Origin: Selaginella moellendorffii
Lineage: Eukaryota > Plantae > Lycopodiophyta
Assembly: GCF_000143415.4 (NCBI RefSeq)
Contig: NW_003314278.1
Location: forward strand, 1,872,362-1,936,361
Direction of reading: 5' to 3'
DNA: 64,000 nt
The translations under genes and the position numbers were made by a program. The notes below the pieces were generated by a model. That model had not been told where the DNA came from, did no database searches, and worked only from the letters and a program-made list of their open reading frames with translations. Shown piece by piece: positions 26,301 through 38,742 of this stretch; position 1 is the first letter of the stretch; each line of letters starts with the position of its first letter.

Positions 26301-27457
26301 GTATTCTAGACTCGAGTATGCATTGACGAGGATGTCAATCTTTCTTAAGGGGGGAGAGTGTCGCGAATATGACTTTGGGTATCGAAAGTTATCTGTCGGC
26401 TAGTCCTTACGGACACTCTTTCCTTACTGCCACGATGTTAGTAAATTGGGCTTAGCATCTGTATTTGGCTAGATGAGCATAAGGAAGGAATCCTAAGTGT
26501 CTATTTAGCTGAGCATACTCGGCCCAGCTTGTTAGTTCTCTTTTCCTCTGTCTTGCACTGTCTTGACAAGAACCTTTGTGTATTGAGATTAGTCTTTCAA
26601 TATCATTGGATGATAGCTTACTGTGTTTGCCAAACACCCTTGCTATCATGCCCTTTGTGTTAATCTCATTCCAATCCCAAATGCTATTTATGAAAAGTGT
26701 TTAGATTTGCTCATTTGGCATATCTACGGAATGTAGAGATTTGCTTGAACACAATGGTATTCGTCCCGTGTCCAAATTAGCATTCTAGCGCCATTCCATA
26801 TTTAATAAATTTCAAGCTTGTCCAACTCTTGATACTAAGGGAGGCTTGGGGTGAAAGCCCAAAGCATATATTCCTCAAGGGGAAGGGGGGGGAGGGGGGG
26901 GCCTGTGGGGGGTTCCAAATGTATAGTAGGGATAGTGGGTAGGTCAGGCATGGCTGACTAACTTGAGGCATAGTTTAGCTCATGCTTGCGTGCCTGTCCT
27001 TGTTCTGCGTCCAATTTGGGTCTAAGCCCAAGTTCCATACCATGCTAGCTAGTGGAGTATTCATATCCTTGCGTTAGGCCACCAGTATGCCGAAATAGCG
27101 CTAGACTTTGTTTGGCTCCGTTTTGTGTGCTAGTCCTGACATTGGGATGCTGGTCGCTTCAGGACTATTCCAAGTTGCTTCAGGCTCCTGTCCCTTTGCT
27201 CCTTGGGTTATATGCTCGGGAGTCGTTCTGTACTCTAGTGCCATTGCTCCTTGGCTCCATGCTTGGGAGTTTGGCACCATTCTTTCGTTCAGTGGCCAAG
27301 GCCCTAAACCTCAGGTTCCACACCATTGTCCTATAGACATGTGGTATGTGACACTTGGCATATGACACATGGCATATGGAGGGCTTAGGTTCCGCTTTGT
27401 GGTGTTATCCTATGTTAAGTCACCATAGGATAAGGGGTAAAAACCACGTGCGCTATA
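20313..27457 (+). mobile_element. Full-length non-autonomous (LARD-like) LTR retrotransposon, family A copy 1
   Basis: 5' LTR 20313-21437 (TG..CA); tRNA-Met PBS TGGTATCAGAG 21440-21450; PPT AAGGGGGGAGAG 26347-26358; 3' LTR 26359-27457; TSD GTAAT at 20308-20312 and 27458-27462. No ORF above 100 aa in the 4.9-kb interior. Confidence 0.95.
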
Positions 27458-27639
27458 GTAATATAGAAAACTAATGCAAGAATGAGAAAATCTTTAAGCT
27501 TGTGCTTTGGATTCATGCAAGTAGAGATCCTTAGCAATCCTAGGGTCTCTAAGAACACAAATCTAGTCACTAGAACTCGAGATCTCTATTGATTTCCCAA
27601 GAAAAGTCTCCATTCTTTTAAAAAAACTAAGCTAGCTCG

Positions 27640-27830
27640 TCATACAAGGTTCACCAACTGTTGGGGCATCAAAGGAAATGGGAAGGAACCCTATTCTCAA
27701 GCCTCTTTTGGGCTTACATACAAGGATGAGAGAATATTCTAAGGACATGGAATGTTCTTTGTGCTCTCTTAAGTCAGAATCTAAGCGTGAATTGGGAAGA
27801 AAGCAATGATGAGCTAGTGCTGTGGTTTTA
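27640..27830 (-). mobile_element. Family D LTR fragment
   Basis: Reverse-complement match to ~12836-12950 (ttagaatattc, aagcccaa, gaatagggttccttcccatttcc). Confidence 0.6.
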
Positions 27831-27849
27831 TGATCCATAGGATTATTTT

Positions 27850-29000
27850 CAAATGTTGCGATTACTAAATTTGGAAGAATTCCCATATGCAAAATCAATA
27901 ATGTTAAGTCTTGCTGAAGAATGACAGAGGCTAACAAAGGACCAATGGCCACTTAAAAAGTGATAAAGGTGAGGAATTGAGTAACTTATATTCCCCCAAA
28001 TGCTACTATGAATCTAAGGGATGAACTGAGTAAACTGATACATATAGGAATAATTCAAGAGTATGTGAATGCGTTTATAGCTAAGAGGATTCTTATCACG
28101 GATATGGGCAACATAGATGCATTCCATGCTTTCATATTAGACTTGTAGACTTGGACTCAGGGTGAGGTGATGCATTGAAACTACAAAAAAATATTAGATG
28201 TGGTGATCAAAGTGCATTTTAATGACAATTTGCAAAAAAAAGTACTCAATTGGGTCAAGGTTCACATTTAATAAGGGATCCAAAACCAAGGAAATTTAAA
28301 AAGAGTTTCTTTAAGAATGAATCCTCATAGTTTTAGAACGGTAAATCCAATGGCTAATAAATAAGCACGTGGGGGAGTCAGGTCAAGAGAGGTAAACTTA
28401 TCGATAAGAAGGTCAAATCTACGAGTAGTGTGGGAATAACATATATTTTAATTGCAATGAGGCTAGAAACTTCTTGAGAGAATATTCATAGCCAAAGAGG
28501 GCCAAGATGAATATAACTATTAAGCCGGATGAAGTTCAAATAAAAGTATATGATCCCATCCCTAGTTCAAAGTTACTCATTACATAAACAACTTTGATAA
28601 AGAGTCACTCACAACATCTACTAGCTCTCCGAGGAAAGCTCGGAAGTAACTCTATTAAGATGTTTATAGACATAGATGTTTTGGAAAATTTTGTGGTTGT
28701 AGACATAATTTAGCAAGCCAAATTAATATTGCAGTGGTTTGGAGAACTGAGGATCATTGAGTTTATTCAAGGTAGCCAAAGCACACATGAGGCACTTTAA
28801 CAAGCAAAAGTAAAAGTAGGGATATGGAAAGTGGACATAGATGTTACTGTTTTGGATATAACAGAATTTAATGTAATCTTTGGGAATCTATAGATGGATA
28901 GCTAACATCTTGCTACTCGTGCAGTGAATAACTGAATCCAAGTAGGTTTAAGTAAAAACTGGTATATTAAACTTAAACCTTGGCAAAAGAACTTAATTGA
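27850..29000 (+). mobile_element. Degenerate family B gag-protease remnant
   Basis: 27993-28330 aligns with 63643-63996 (aatgctact...taaggga.ga.ctgagt; gatgc.ttccatgc.ttcatat; agtttct.taagaatgaatcctc). A protease FNVILG motif lies near 28868. Confidence 0.75.
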
Positions 29001-30199
29001 GGCTAAGGTAAAGGTGGTCAAATAGATAAGGTAAGTTGACAAATTAGAAAAGGAAAATTTATAACTTATACACATCTAAAACTAAGAGCTTGCCTTTGAA
29101 TGCAATATTGATATACTCATATAAAATATAAAACTTATACTAGGTTTCTGAGCCAAAGTATGATCTAACTATAAGGAGCAATAATTACTTATTTCAAAGA
29201 GGTTAAAAATTTAACATGAATCCTTACTTCTATCAATGATATGGAATTTTATAAGAAAATGAAGTGGTGCATGGTTTCCTATGCAAGGCTCAAGGAGCTC
29301 ATAACCCTTAAACCAAAACTTTGATGTGAGAATATTTAACTTTATGTATTCCATAACTCAAATGTAAAACTTTCACTAAGAGTCTAACTCTTATTATGCA
29401 ATCAAGTCCCTTATAGCATTTAGGCCAAAAATATATAATTAACAATATTTATGTTTACCTATAGTTAATGGTTGTATGTGACCACGAGCACAGTAGACAC
29501 CACAAGCTTTCATAATTGGGAACTATAGTTAGCATAATTAGCATTCTTCAATAAAGCAAAAGCCACAATCATTATATTGTCGTGATAGTCTTTGATTTAA
29601 AGACATATGACTCATCAAAATATGAACCAAGATTCAAATAATAAGTGTTAATCTCAATTCTACAATAATAGTTTTAATAATTTGTTATGCCTTGCATCTA
29701 GTAATGCTTGGTTTGCTTAATAATAATATTATTCCTATTGATCAATTGTTTAGTTTTCTTAATAGTAGTATTATTCCTATTGATCAATTGAATTGATCAA
29801 ATGGAACTTTATAATTATAAACATGTTTATAATTTATAAACACGAATAAACTAAAATATACTAAAAAGTGTTTAGGAAACTTTATGAATTATAAAAATAA
29901 GATTAATCTAAATAAATAATAACCGTAGATGGTAAAATATCCTAAAATATTTAAGTATATTCTAGATATATCCACTCTTACAGCAAACCAAAAATCTAAA
30001 AGATAAAGCAAATAAATTGGTCTTGTCCTCCCATTCTCCTGCTGATGGATGTTAGATGATGTTCTTGCCATGATCTGTATCAATGAACATGTTTTCATTT
30101 TATAGTTTGAAAAAAAAAAGTATCTATCAATCACAAGATCAGCCGGATTCAACCAGACCATTCCTTCTATAGTAATCAACAATGGCCAGCATCCGGTTG

Positions 30200-30670
30200 T
30201 ACTTGATCGGAAGTTGGCATAGTGCGTTGGATCTCCATGAACCGAAGCTTGCTGTTCATGAAGAGGAACCTGTCCATGACGCGCTTGGGAGCGTGCAAGC
30301 CATTGTATCCTGGCCGCGACGGGAAGAAGAGCTCCTCGTTGATCACGGCCTGATCCCACGCCTTCTCTCTCGCCAGCCTCGTCGCCACCCGGTCCAGGAG
30401 CTATGGCATCGTGGGCCAAAAGTAGAACAGGCCCGAGTTAAACACCCAGATCCTCATTGTGTGCGCGTAGCGCGACCAGCCCATCTTTGGATCGTAGAAC
30501 ACGTCGTTGTATCCATAGGCGGTGGCGTTGGTGTGGCCGTCGGTCATGGCCTCCATGTCGCAGTCGCGCTGCAAGAACTTGAACGGGTTATGGAGGTAGA
30601 GCAAGACGCTGTATCCCAGCACGAGGAACTCTCGCAGGATGTGAAACTTTGTTCCTCCGAGGTGAAATCC
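30200..30670 (-). pseudogene. RRA: Fragment of an RRA-type (GT77, nucleotide-diphospho-sugar transferase) arabinosyltransferase
   Basis: [53 protein letters not shown] and AWDQAVINEELFFPSRPGY...FMNSK. The SDVDIV (DxD) segment is missing and the frame breaks near 30400. Confidence 0.88.
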
Positions 30671-30713
30671 TGCAAAACTTTTAGACCCGCTACTAAAACT
30701 GAACTTCAAACAG

Positions 30714-30981
30714 GACGTGGAGCTAGCAAATGTTCTTCTCAAACCAAATCCTTTGTTGCCACCCTCTGAAATCGGGGTGGAGCACACCAAAGAGAAGTAT
30801 GGAAGTGTTCCTCGTTATTACATCAAAGGGATGCTACCCGTGGCAATGCAAGCAAGGTTATCTCTTGGAAAACAATCCCCCCAACGGTGTTCTAGAGCTT
30901 GCATCTGATCACAGCCCCTTCTTTTCCACTTTAGATGAGCTTGTAAAGGCACTTGTAAGCATCACAGCATTGTTAAAATGA
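30714..30981 (+). pseudogene. Last exon of a methylesterase (MES/SABP2-like alpha/beta hydrolase)
   Basis: [11 protein letters not shown]...[12 protein letters not shown], then in another frame LLENNPP..VLELASDHSPFFS (catalytic His motif). Preceded by an aaacag acceptor. Confidence 0.8.
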
Positions 30982-32640
30982 AACATTCTAGAGACAATCG
31001 CAAATGCAAGGAATTGCCATACAATGAAAATCCTTGGAAGACTATGGACAGAGTCCAGTGCCTAGAACTCATCCAATCTTGCAAGAGCTTGGCTTTGGCT
31101 GAGGATCTGCATGCCAGTAACAGTGCCAAAACTGATGATGTTTTCCTGTGCAACAAGCTCATCGCAATGTACACGAGGTGTGGAAGCTCATTGCACGCCA
31201 AACGAGTTTTTGATAGCATGGTTTCCAGGGATGTCTACTCTTGGGATTTCATGATGAATGCTTACTCGAAGTATGGCAGCCTTGAGAATGCAAAGGGATT
31301 CTTTGATTCGATGCCTCAGAGAACTACTGTTTCTTGGGTTGCAATGTTAAGCTCATATGCCCGTTCTGGGCATCTAGAGGAAGCCGAAAATACCTTTGCA
31401 AGGATGCCAGATGCCACTACAGTGGCTTGAAACTTTATGATTGACGTGTACGTTCATCATGGATTTCTTGAAAAGGCGAACATTTTGTTCGATAGAATGC
31501 CAAAGCAAACATTAGTTGCTTGGACCACTATGCTTGTGCATATGCCCAAAGAGGGTACCTTGTTCTTGCCAAGAGAATGTTTCACGCGATGCCACTACGA
31601 GATCTAATCTCTTGGACGGCCATGTTCAACGCGTATGTGCAGAACGGGACTGTTGAAATTGCGAGAATTTTTGTTGATCTCATGCCGGAATGGGATCTCG
31701 TATCATGGACAGCAGTGCTCACTACGTATGTGAAGAGAGGAAACTTTTCCGAAGCCAAGCAAACTTTTGATCAGATGCCGTTTAGAAACTTGGTGACATG
31801 GACGTGCTTGCTGGACGCATTTTTACAAGTCAAAGACGTACAAGCTGTTAAAGAAACGTGGAATGCAATGCTCTCTGCATGTGCCCATCTCGGAGACCTG
31901 CAAAACGCGGTGATCATCTTTGAAGCTATGCCCAAAGCGGGCATCTGGATGAAGCAAAGAATATCTTTGAAATGATGCCACAAAAGACAATAGAGGCGGC
32001 AAATACAATGCTGTCAGCTCTTGCACAAAATAAGTACCTGTCGGAATTTAGAGAACTGTTTGTAAAGATGCCACAGCATAGTACAATGTTGTGGAATGCT
32101 CTTTTGTCAGCAAATGCACTAAACGGGCACTTGGAGGAAACAAGAAGGGTTTTCCTGAAATACAATACTCTCAATAGAGGCCCAGAAAGGGATGATTAAG
32201 TAGAGCCAAGGAAATTTTCCAGTACGAAATGCTAGAGTGGGATGTTGTGTCTAGCACTGTAATGATCTCGACTTTCTCCAAAAGCAGCAAGTTTGAAGAG
32301 GCTAAGCAGCTTTTCGACATTCAAGATTCAGTCTCTTCAACAGCCATGGTTCCCAACTTTGGCCAAAATGGACAAGTGGAAGATGCTAAGGGCTTGTTTG
32401 AAAGAATCTCTCCGTAAAACAGAGATGTTATGTGTTGGAATGTGATGTTTGTAACTTATGCTCAAAATAGACATCTACTGGAAACAAGAGAAGTGTTCAA
32501 TGACATGCTATGGAAGGACACAGCCTCCTGGACTGCAATGTTGTCTCTCTATGCTCAAACTAGCCACCTCTAGTATTCTAGAAAGCTCTTGCTTGAGATG
32601 CTTGAGAGGTGCTTGGTCACTTGGAGTTCATTGCCTTAGG
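30978..32640 (+). pseudogene. PLS-class PPR pseudogene
   Basis: DVFLCNKLIAMYTRCGSSLHAKRVFDSM, MPQRTTVSWVAML and MPEWDLVSWTAVL; stops and frameshifts; truncated by TE sequence. Confidence 0.9.
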
Positions 32641-32699
32641 TGGAGTGGTGTTTCATTTAAGTATTATAAAGCTCATTAGTCCTCACCCCTTCTTCAGAG

Positions 32700-34790
32700 C
32701 TTAAGCCTTTCTTTTGACCACATGGTCAATGTAGGTCAAAAGGAAGCTCAATATTAAGATATGCTAGGGTAAAGAACATAATTTACCCTAGGGCTCTCAC
32801 TGGAGTGGGGGTGTGGTGGAGTTTTCGAGGTAGGGGTGGTTGGGTGGTGAAAAACTTTAAAAGGAGGCATAATATAGTTTAAGGAGATTAGATTTTTTTC
32901 TTTTTGCATTGGATCATAACATTAGTATCAGAGGAGTTGGTTGTGATGGCTGACAAAGATGAACGTTGGAATCCTATTGTCAATGGTGATGCCAATGATA
33001 GTGCCAACGGAGTTATGGAGGTTTGGACCATTTAAAATATTATTCATGAGTTGTGAGCCCTTAATCAAAATTAACAAAAGGTGCAAGATGGCATGATGGA
33101 TACCATGCATAAACGTGTTGTCTTTGATACCAAATGTAGCCAATATAGTTTTCACCTTTATCCTATGGCAATTTACCATAAGATAACCACAAAATAGAAT
33201 CTAAACCCTTTATATGCCACATGTTTAAGGACAATAGAGCAAAACCCAAGTTTTAGGGCCTTAGGCCATTGAATAAAGGAATAGAGTTAAACTCTTAAGC
33301 ACAGAGCCAATGAACGAAGGTATTAAAAACAGAGTGACTCTTAATTATATAGCCTAAGGAGTGAAGGAACAAAACTATGGAGCAATTTGGAAAAGTCCTA
33401 GAGCATTTAGCATCCTAATGTCATGACTAACATGAAAAAATGGAGCTAAACAAAGTTTGATGCTATTTCAACATACTGGTGGCCTAATACAAAGATATGG
33501 GTACTCCAACAGCTAGTATGGTGTGGAACTTGGGTTTAGACCCAAGTTGGATGCAGAACAAAATAGGTACACAAGCGGGAGCTAAATTATGCCTCAAATT
33601 GGTTAATCATTTTTGACCTACCCACTATCCCTATTATACATTTAAAACCCCCAATATGCCTTCCCCTTGAGGAATGCACGTTTTGGGCTTTCATTTAGTC
33701 ATCCTTAGTATTAAGAGTTAGTCTCTAGGACAAATTTAAAACTTACTAATTATGGAATGACACTAGATTGTGAAGTTGGATACGGGACCAATATTATTGT
33801 GTTTAGTACAATTTCTACATTTCGTAGATATGCTAAATTATCAAATTTTGACACTTTCCATAAATAACAATTGGGACTAAATAGGACTAACATAAAGGGC
33901 ATGATAGCGAGGGTGTAGACATAAATTATTATCTAGCAAATATTGAGGGACCAATCTTAATATTGTGGGGGTTCTTGTCAAGCCAGTGCAGGACAAAACA
34001 AACGAGAACTAACAAGCCGAAGACACTTAAGAATTTCTTCTTTACGCTTATTTGGCCAAGTACAAATACTAAGTTAAGTTTACTAACACTTGAACAAAAG
34101 GGACTGATAAAGGGTTTAACAATGCTAACCTCCTACTATCGTGGTAATAAGGAAAAAATATTTGAAAGGACTAGCCGATAGGTAATTTTTAATACCCACA
34201 GTCACATTTATGATAATGTTGAGGCACTCGAGGCTAGACGTGATAGCACTCCAAGTAAACTTCCTTGGTAGATCAATTTAGAGTTCCAACCTTTTCCAAT
34301 GATGGTGGTAAGTATTTAGTTTGGCTAGCCAATGTAAAGAAGTTCTTGGCTGTTAAAGAAATTCCAGATGCAAAGGCTTTAANNNNNNNNNNNNNNNNNN
34401 NNNNNNNNNNNNNNNNNNNNNNNNNNNNNNNNNNNNNNNNNNNNNNNNNNNNNNNNNNNNNNNNNNNNNNNNNNNNNNNNNNCACCAATATCTACTATAA
34501 ATGAGTTTGAAGCTACTTTCTACTTATATTTTGCCCCTCACTATGATATAGAGATTGTTTGCACAGAACTTTGACATTTCCAGCAAGGGAAAATGATGCT
34601 TAGGAACTATATTGAGAAGCTTACTCGCTTGATTAGTTGTCTTCCAACAAAGGATTCAAATCAAAACAAGACCTATTTTATTGATAGTTTTTATAGTGAG
34701 AGCATGCAGTAACATTTACATCATTCTCAACCTATAAAGAGTTTAGAGAAGCTCTTTAATGCAGCAAGTCTCATAATCACTTTTCAAACA
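32700..34790 (+). mobile_element. Old LTR-element remnant (LTR end, degenerate PBS, gag) interrupted by a family A LTR
   Basis: cataaca-ttagtatcagag at ~32915-32933. The gag-like frame reads MHKRV|EALEARR across the insertion. VPTFSNDGGKYLVWLANVKKFL lies at 34265-34380. Confidence 0.55.
33121..34216 (-). mobile_element. Family A LTR plus 14 bp of PBS, flanked by TGTTG duplication
   Basis: LTR 33135-34215; tctttgataccaaa (rc TTTGGTATCAAAGA) at 33121-33134; TGTTG at 33116-33120 and 34217-34221. Confidence 0.8.
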
Positions 34791-34859
34791 TGGTAAAGTA
34801 AGGACTTAGTTTAGTTCTACTGTGTTAGCTATTGTTGTAGGCAAATTGCACTAATGGAA

Positions 34860-36792
34860 AATATAGATTTACTATCTTTGCCTTTGATCAATGTTATAGC
34901 ATAGCATATCTTCCACCATCTAATTCATACATTCGGTTTGCCCATGATTTCCACTTAAGAGTTTCAAAGTCATTTGCATAACCTTTGCAAAGATTTTCCA
35001 AAATCCATTAATGAACTTTGAATCTTGATCACTAATGATGTCCTTTAGCAAACTAAAATTAGAAAAACCTTCTCTAAGTAAACTGCAACCAAATCTAAGG
35101 TAGTGACAATCTTTTGAAGAGCCAACAACCACACATACTTCGTCAAATTATCCACCATGACCCATACTTGTTTCTTTTGCCTTTGTGTTCATGGCAAACA
35201 AGTGACAAAGTCCATAAAAATATTACACTAATGGCTCTAAGGAATAAATAAAGGTTGGAAAATCCCCTTTGGCTTTTTCTATAACACCTTTACTTGCTAA
35301 CAAAGCTCACATGATTTACAATACTTGAGGCTATCAACCTTTATATTCCTTCAATAAAAATTATGCTTAATCAACTCATACATCTTCTTCCCCCCAAAAT
35401 GATAAGCCTCTAGACGATTATAATAGTAAAATAAAACTTGAGTAATTAATGCATTCATTCGTGGTCAATATACACAACCATTGTGGTAAAGAATCCTATC
35501 CACCAATAAGAAAGGGGCTTCCATTTGGGCTTGCAAAAAGACTACCTTAGCATCCTGAGCCTAAGCATGCTTAATTAACTGCCTAAACTTGTTAACCATA
35601 TTACTCAAATGATGACAAAATCATGTTTGTAATGCCGTCACATGATGAACATAAGATAAAGCATCTACCACTACATTCGATTTTCCTAAATAATGTTCAA
35701 TAGGAAACTCCCCAAACTCTATAAGTTTAACCATTTAATGAGCTTGCTTAGTGCTTAACTCTTTTTATGTGAAAAGATACATAAGAGGTTCATGATTTGT
35801 TAACACTATAAACATTACACCATAAAGATAGTGTTGCCACATCTGTAAAGCATGAATAATGGAAAGTAACTCTTTCTTATATATAAAATAATGTTACTCT
35901 GTTGGATTTAAATTTTGACTCTCATAGGCAATAGGCTATCCCTTTTGCATGAGTATTCCTCCCAGTGTATAACCACTTGCATCACACATTACCTTGTAAG
36001 GTTTTGATGGATCAATAATGCAAAGCATTAAAACCTTGCACAACAACTGTTTCAATGCCACAAAACTATCCTCATGTGGCTTCTTCCATTCGAATGGCAA
36101 GTTCTTGCACAACAACCCTATCAAAGGAATAACCACCTCTGCAAACTTATGCTAGAAACATCAATAATAACTAGCTATACCAAGGAAACTATGTAACTTA
36201 GCCATTAAAATAGGTATAGGCTAGTTCTCCACCATAACTACCTTCCTTAAATTTGTCTTGACACCCTTGGATATCACAATATATTCCACTTCGGACTTTC
36301 TAAACTCATATTTACTCTTCTTTACATAACATTTACTGTCACATACTAACAAAAGAACTTTGTGCAAATGCACTTTATACTCTTCTATATATTCTTATAG
36401 AAAACAAGAATATCAAGAAAATCTCCACATACTCATGAAGATAATGCTCAAATACCTCTGTTGTCAATCGAATAAATGTGGTTGGGGTCTCTCCCCCACA
36501 TATGTCTTGGTCCCCCAAATCACAAATAAACAACAACTCAAAAGTGTTTGTCCATTATGACAAGCCCACTTCAAAGATGTAGTAGAGAGCATAACAACTA
36601 GAAGCTGAATTCCCTCTCTAAACCAAACAACTTAAATGTTTCCATACTCCAACAAGACATGCTTAAAACTCCATTTTATCTTTAGATCCACTTTCATTAA
36701 TCATGGCATCCCAAGAATGAGATCCACGTGATGGATATTCACGAGATAAAAAGTCTCTACATATATGGTTTTGCCAACTAACACTTCCAGCC
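34860..36792 (-). mobile_element. Degenerate Ty3/gypsy pol (protease C-terminus, partial RT, RNase H, integrase)
   Basis: DLILGMP (~36705-36725), RNase H VMCDASGYTLGGILMQKG and PIAYES, and integrase FMDFVT and IISDQDSKF, in PR-RT-RH-INT order. Confidence 0.88.
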
Positions 36793-37007
36793 TATCACGA
36801 ATGTGGCTTCGGGTATCGAAAGTTACTTGTTGGCTAGTCCTTATGGACACTCTTTCTTTACTACCACGATGGCAAGAGGTTGGTATTGCTGGGCTCGTTA
36901 TCAGTCTCCACCTAAGCTAGTTGAGAAACTGGTCTTCGCATGTGCACTTGACTAGATGAGCATAAGGAAGGAATTCCTAAGTGTCTATTTAGTCAAACAT
37001 ACTTGAC

Positions 37008-38154
37008 TGTTGCGAATGTGACTTCGGGTATCGAAAGTTACCTGTCGACCAGTCCTTACGGACACTCTTACCTTACTACCACGACAGCAGGAGGTCGGTA
37101 TTGCTGGACCCGTTATTAGTCTCTGCCTAAGCTAATTGAGAAACTGGTCCTCGCGTGTGCACTTGACTAGATGGGCATAAGGACGGAATTCCTAAGTGCT
37201 ATTAGTCAAGCATACTTGACCTGGTTAGAGAAACTCATTCGTTGACTTGCACTTGCTAGTGTTGGGAACCCCCGCGATATTGAGTTTGGTCCCTCAATAT
37301 CGCTAGATGATAGCTTACCGTGTCTGCCAAACACCCTTGCTATCATGCCCTTTGTGTTAGTCTCATTTTGGTCCCAAATATTATTTATGGAAAGTGTCCA
37401 GATTTGCTCATTTGGCATATCTACGGAATGTAGAGATCGTCCTGAACACAATGGTGTTCGTCCCATGTCCAAATTCGCAATCTAAGGACATTCCATATTT
37501 AGTAAGTTTCGAGCTTGTCCTAGAGACTAACTCCTAATACTAAGGGAGGCTTGGGGTGAAAGCCCAAAGCGTGTGTTCCTCAAGGGGGGGGGGGGGGCTG
37601 TGGGGGGTTCCAAATGTATAGTAGGGATAGTGGGTAGGTCGGACATGGTCGACCAATCTGAGGCATAGTTTAGCTCCCACTTGTGTGCCTGTCCTTGTTC
37701 TGCGTCCGGCTTGGGTCTAAGCACAAGTTCCATTCCATGCTAGCTGGTGGAGTACCCATATCCTCACGTTAGGCCACCGGTATGCCAAAATAGCACCAGA
37801 CTCCGTTTGGCTCCGTTTTGCGTGCTGGTCCTAGCATTGGTATGCTGGTTGCTCCAGGACTGTTCCAAGTCGCTCCGGGCTCTTGTCCCTTCGCTCCTTG
37901 GGCTATATGCTCGGGAGTTGCTCCGTGGTCCGGTTCCATAACTCCTTGGCATCACACTTGGGAGTTTGGCACCGTTCCTTCGTTCAGTGGCCCAAGGCCC
38001 TGAACCTCGGGTTCCTATGGACACGTGGCACGGACACGTGGTATGTGACACGTGGCATCTGTCACGTGGCACAAAGAGGGTTTAGGTTCCGCTTCGTGGT
38101 GTTATTCTATGGTAAATCACTATAGGATAAAGGGTCAAAACCACGTGCGCTACA
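37008..38154 (+). mobile_element. Family A solo LTR nested in a family A 5' LTR, TSD TTGAC
   Basis: TGTTGCG...GCTACA; TTGAC at 37003-37007 and 38155-38159; the host LTR resumes exactly afterwards. Confidence 0.95.
38021..38070. promoter_or_regulatory. Array of four G-box/ABRE-like CACGTG(GC) motifs in a family A LTR
   Basis: CACGTG at 38022, 38035, 38049 and 38063. Function is untested. Confidence 0.5.
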
Positions 38155-38742
38155 TTGACCTAGTTAAAAAAACTCATTTGTTGACTTGCACTTACTAGTG
38201 TTGGGAACCCTTGGGATATTGAGCTTAGTCCCTCAATATCGCTAGATTACAGCTTACCATTTCTGCCAAACACCCTCGCTATCATACCCTTTGTGTTAGT
38301 TTCATTTCAATCCTAAATGCTATTTATAGAAAGCATCCAGATTTGCTCATTTGGCATATCTACGGAATGTAAGGATCGGCTTGAACACAATGGTGTTCGT
38401 CCTGTGTCCAAATTCGCAATCTAGCACCATTCCATATTTAGTAAGTTTCAAACTTGTCCTATAGACTAACTCTTAATACTAAGGGAGGCTTGGGATGAAA
38501 ACCCAAAGCGTGTGTTCCTCAAGAGGGCGGGGGGGGCCTATGGGGGGTTCCAAATGTATAATAGGGATAGTGGGTAGGTTGGGCATAGCTGACTAATCTG
38601 AGGCGTAGTCTAACTCCTGCTTGCGTGCCTGTCTATTCTGCATCTGGCTTGGGTCTAAGCCCAAGTTCCACACCATGCTAGCTAGTGGAGTACCCATGTC
38701 CTCGCGTTAGGCCACCGGTATGCCGAAATAACGCTAGACTCC

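Noticed and set aside
37530-37585. Hammerhead ribozyme (retrozyme) in family A LTRs
   Set aside because: GAAA is present, but no CUGANGA core with correctly placed stems was found.
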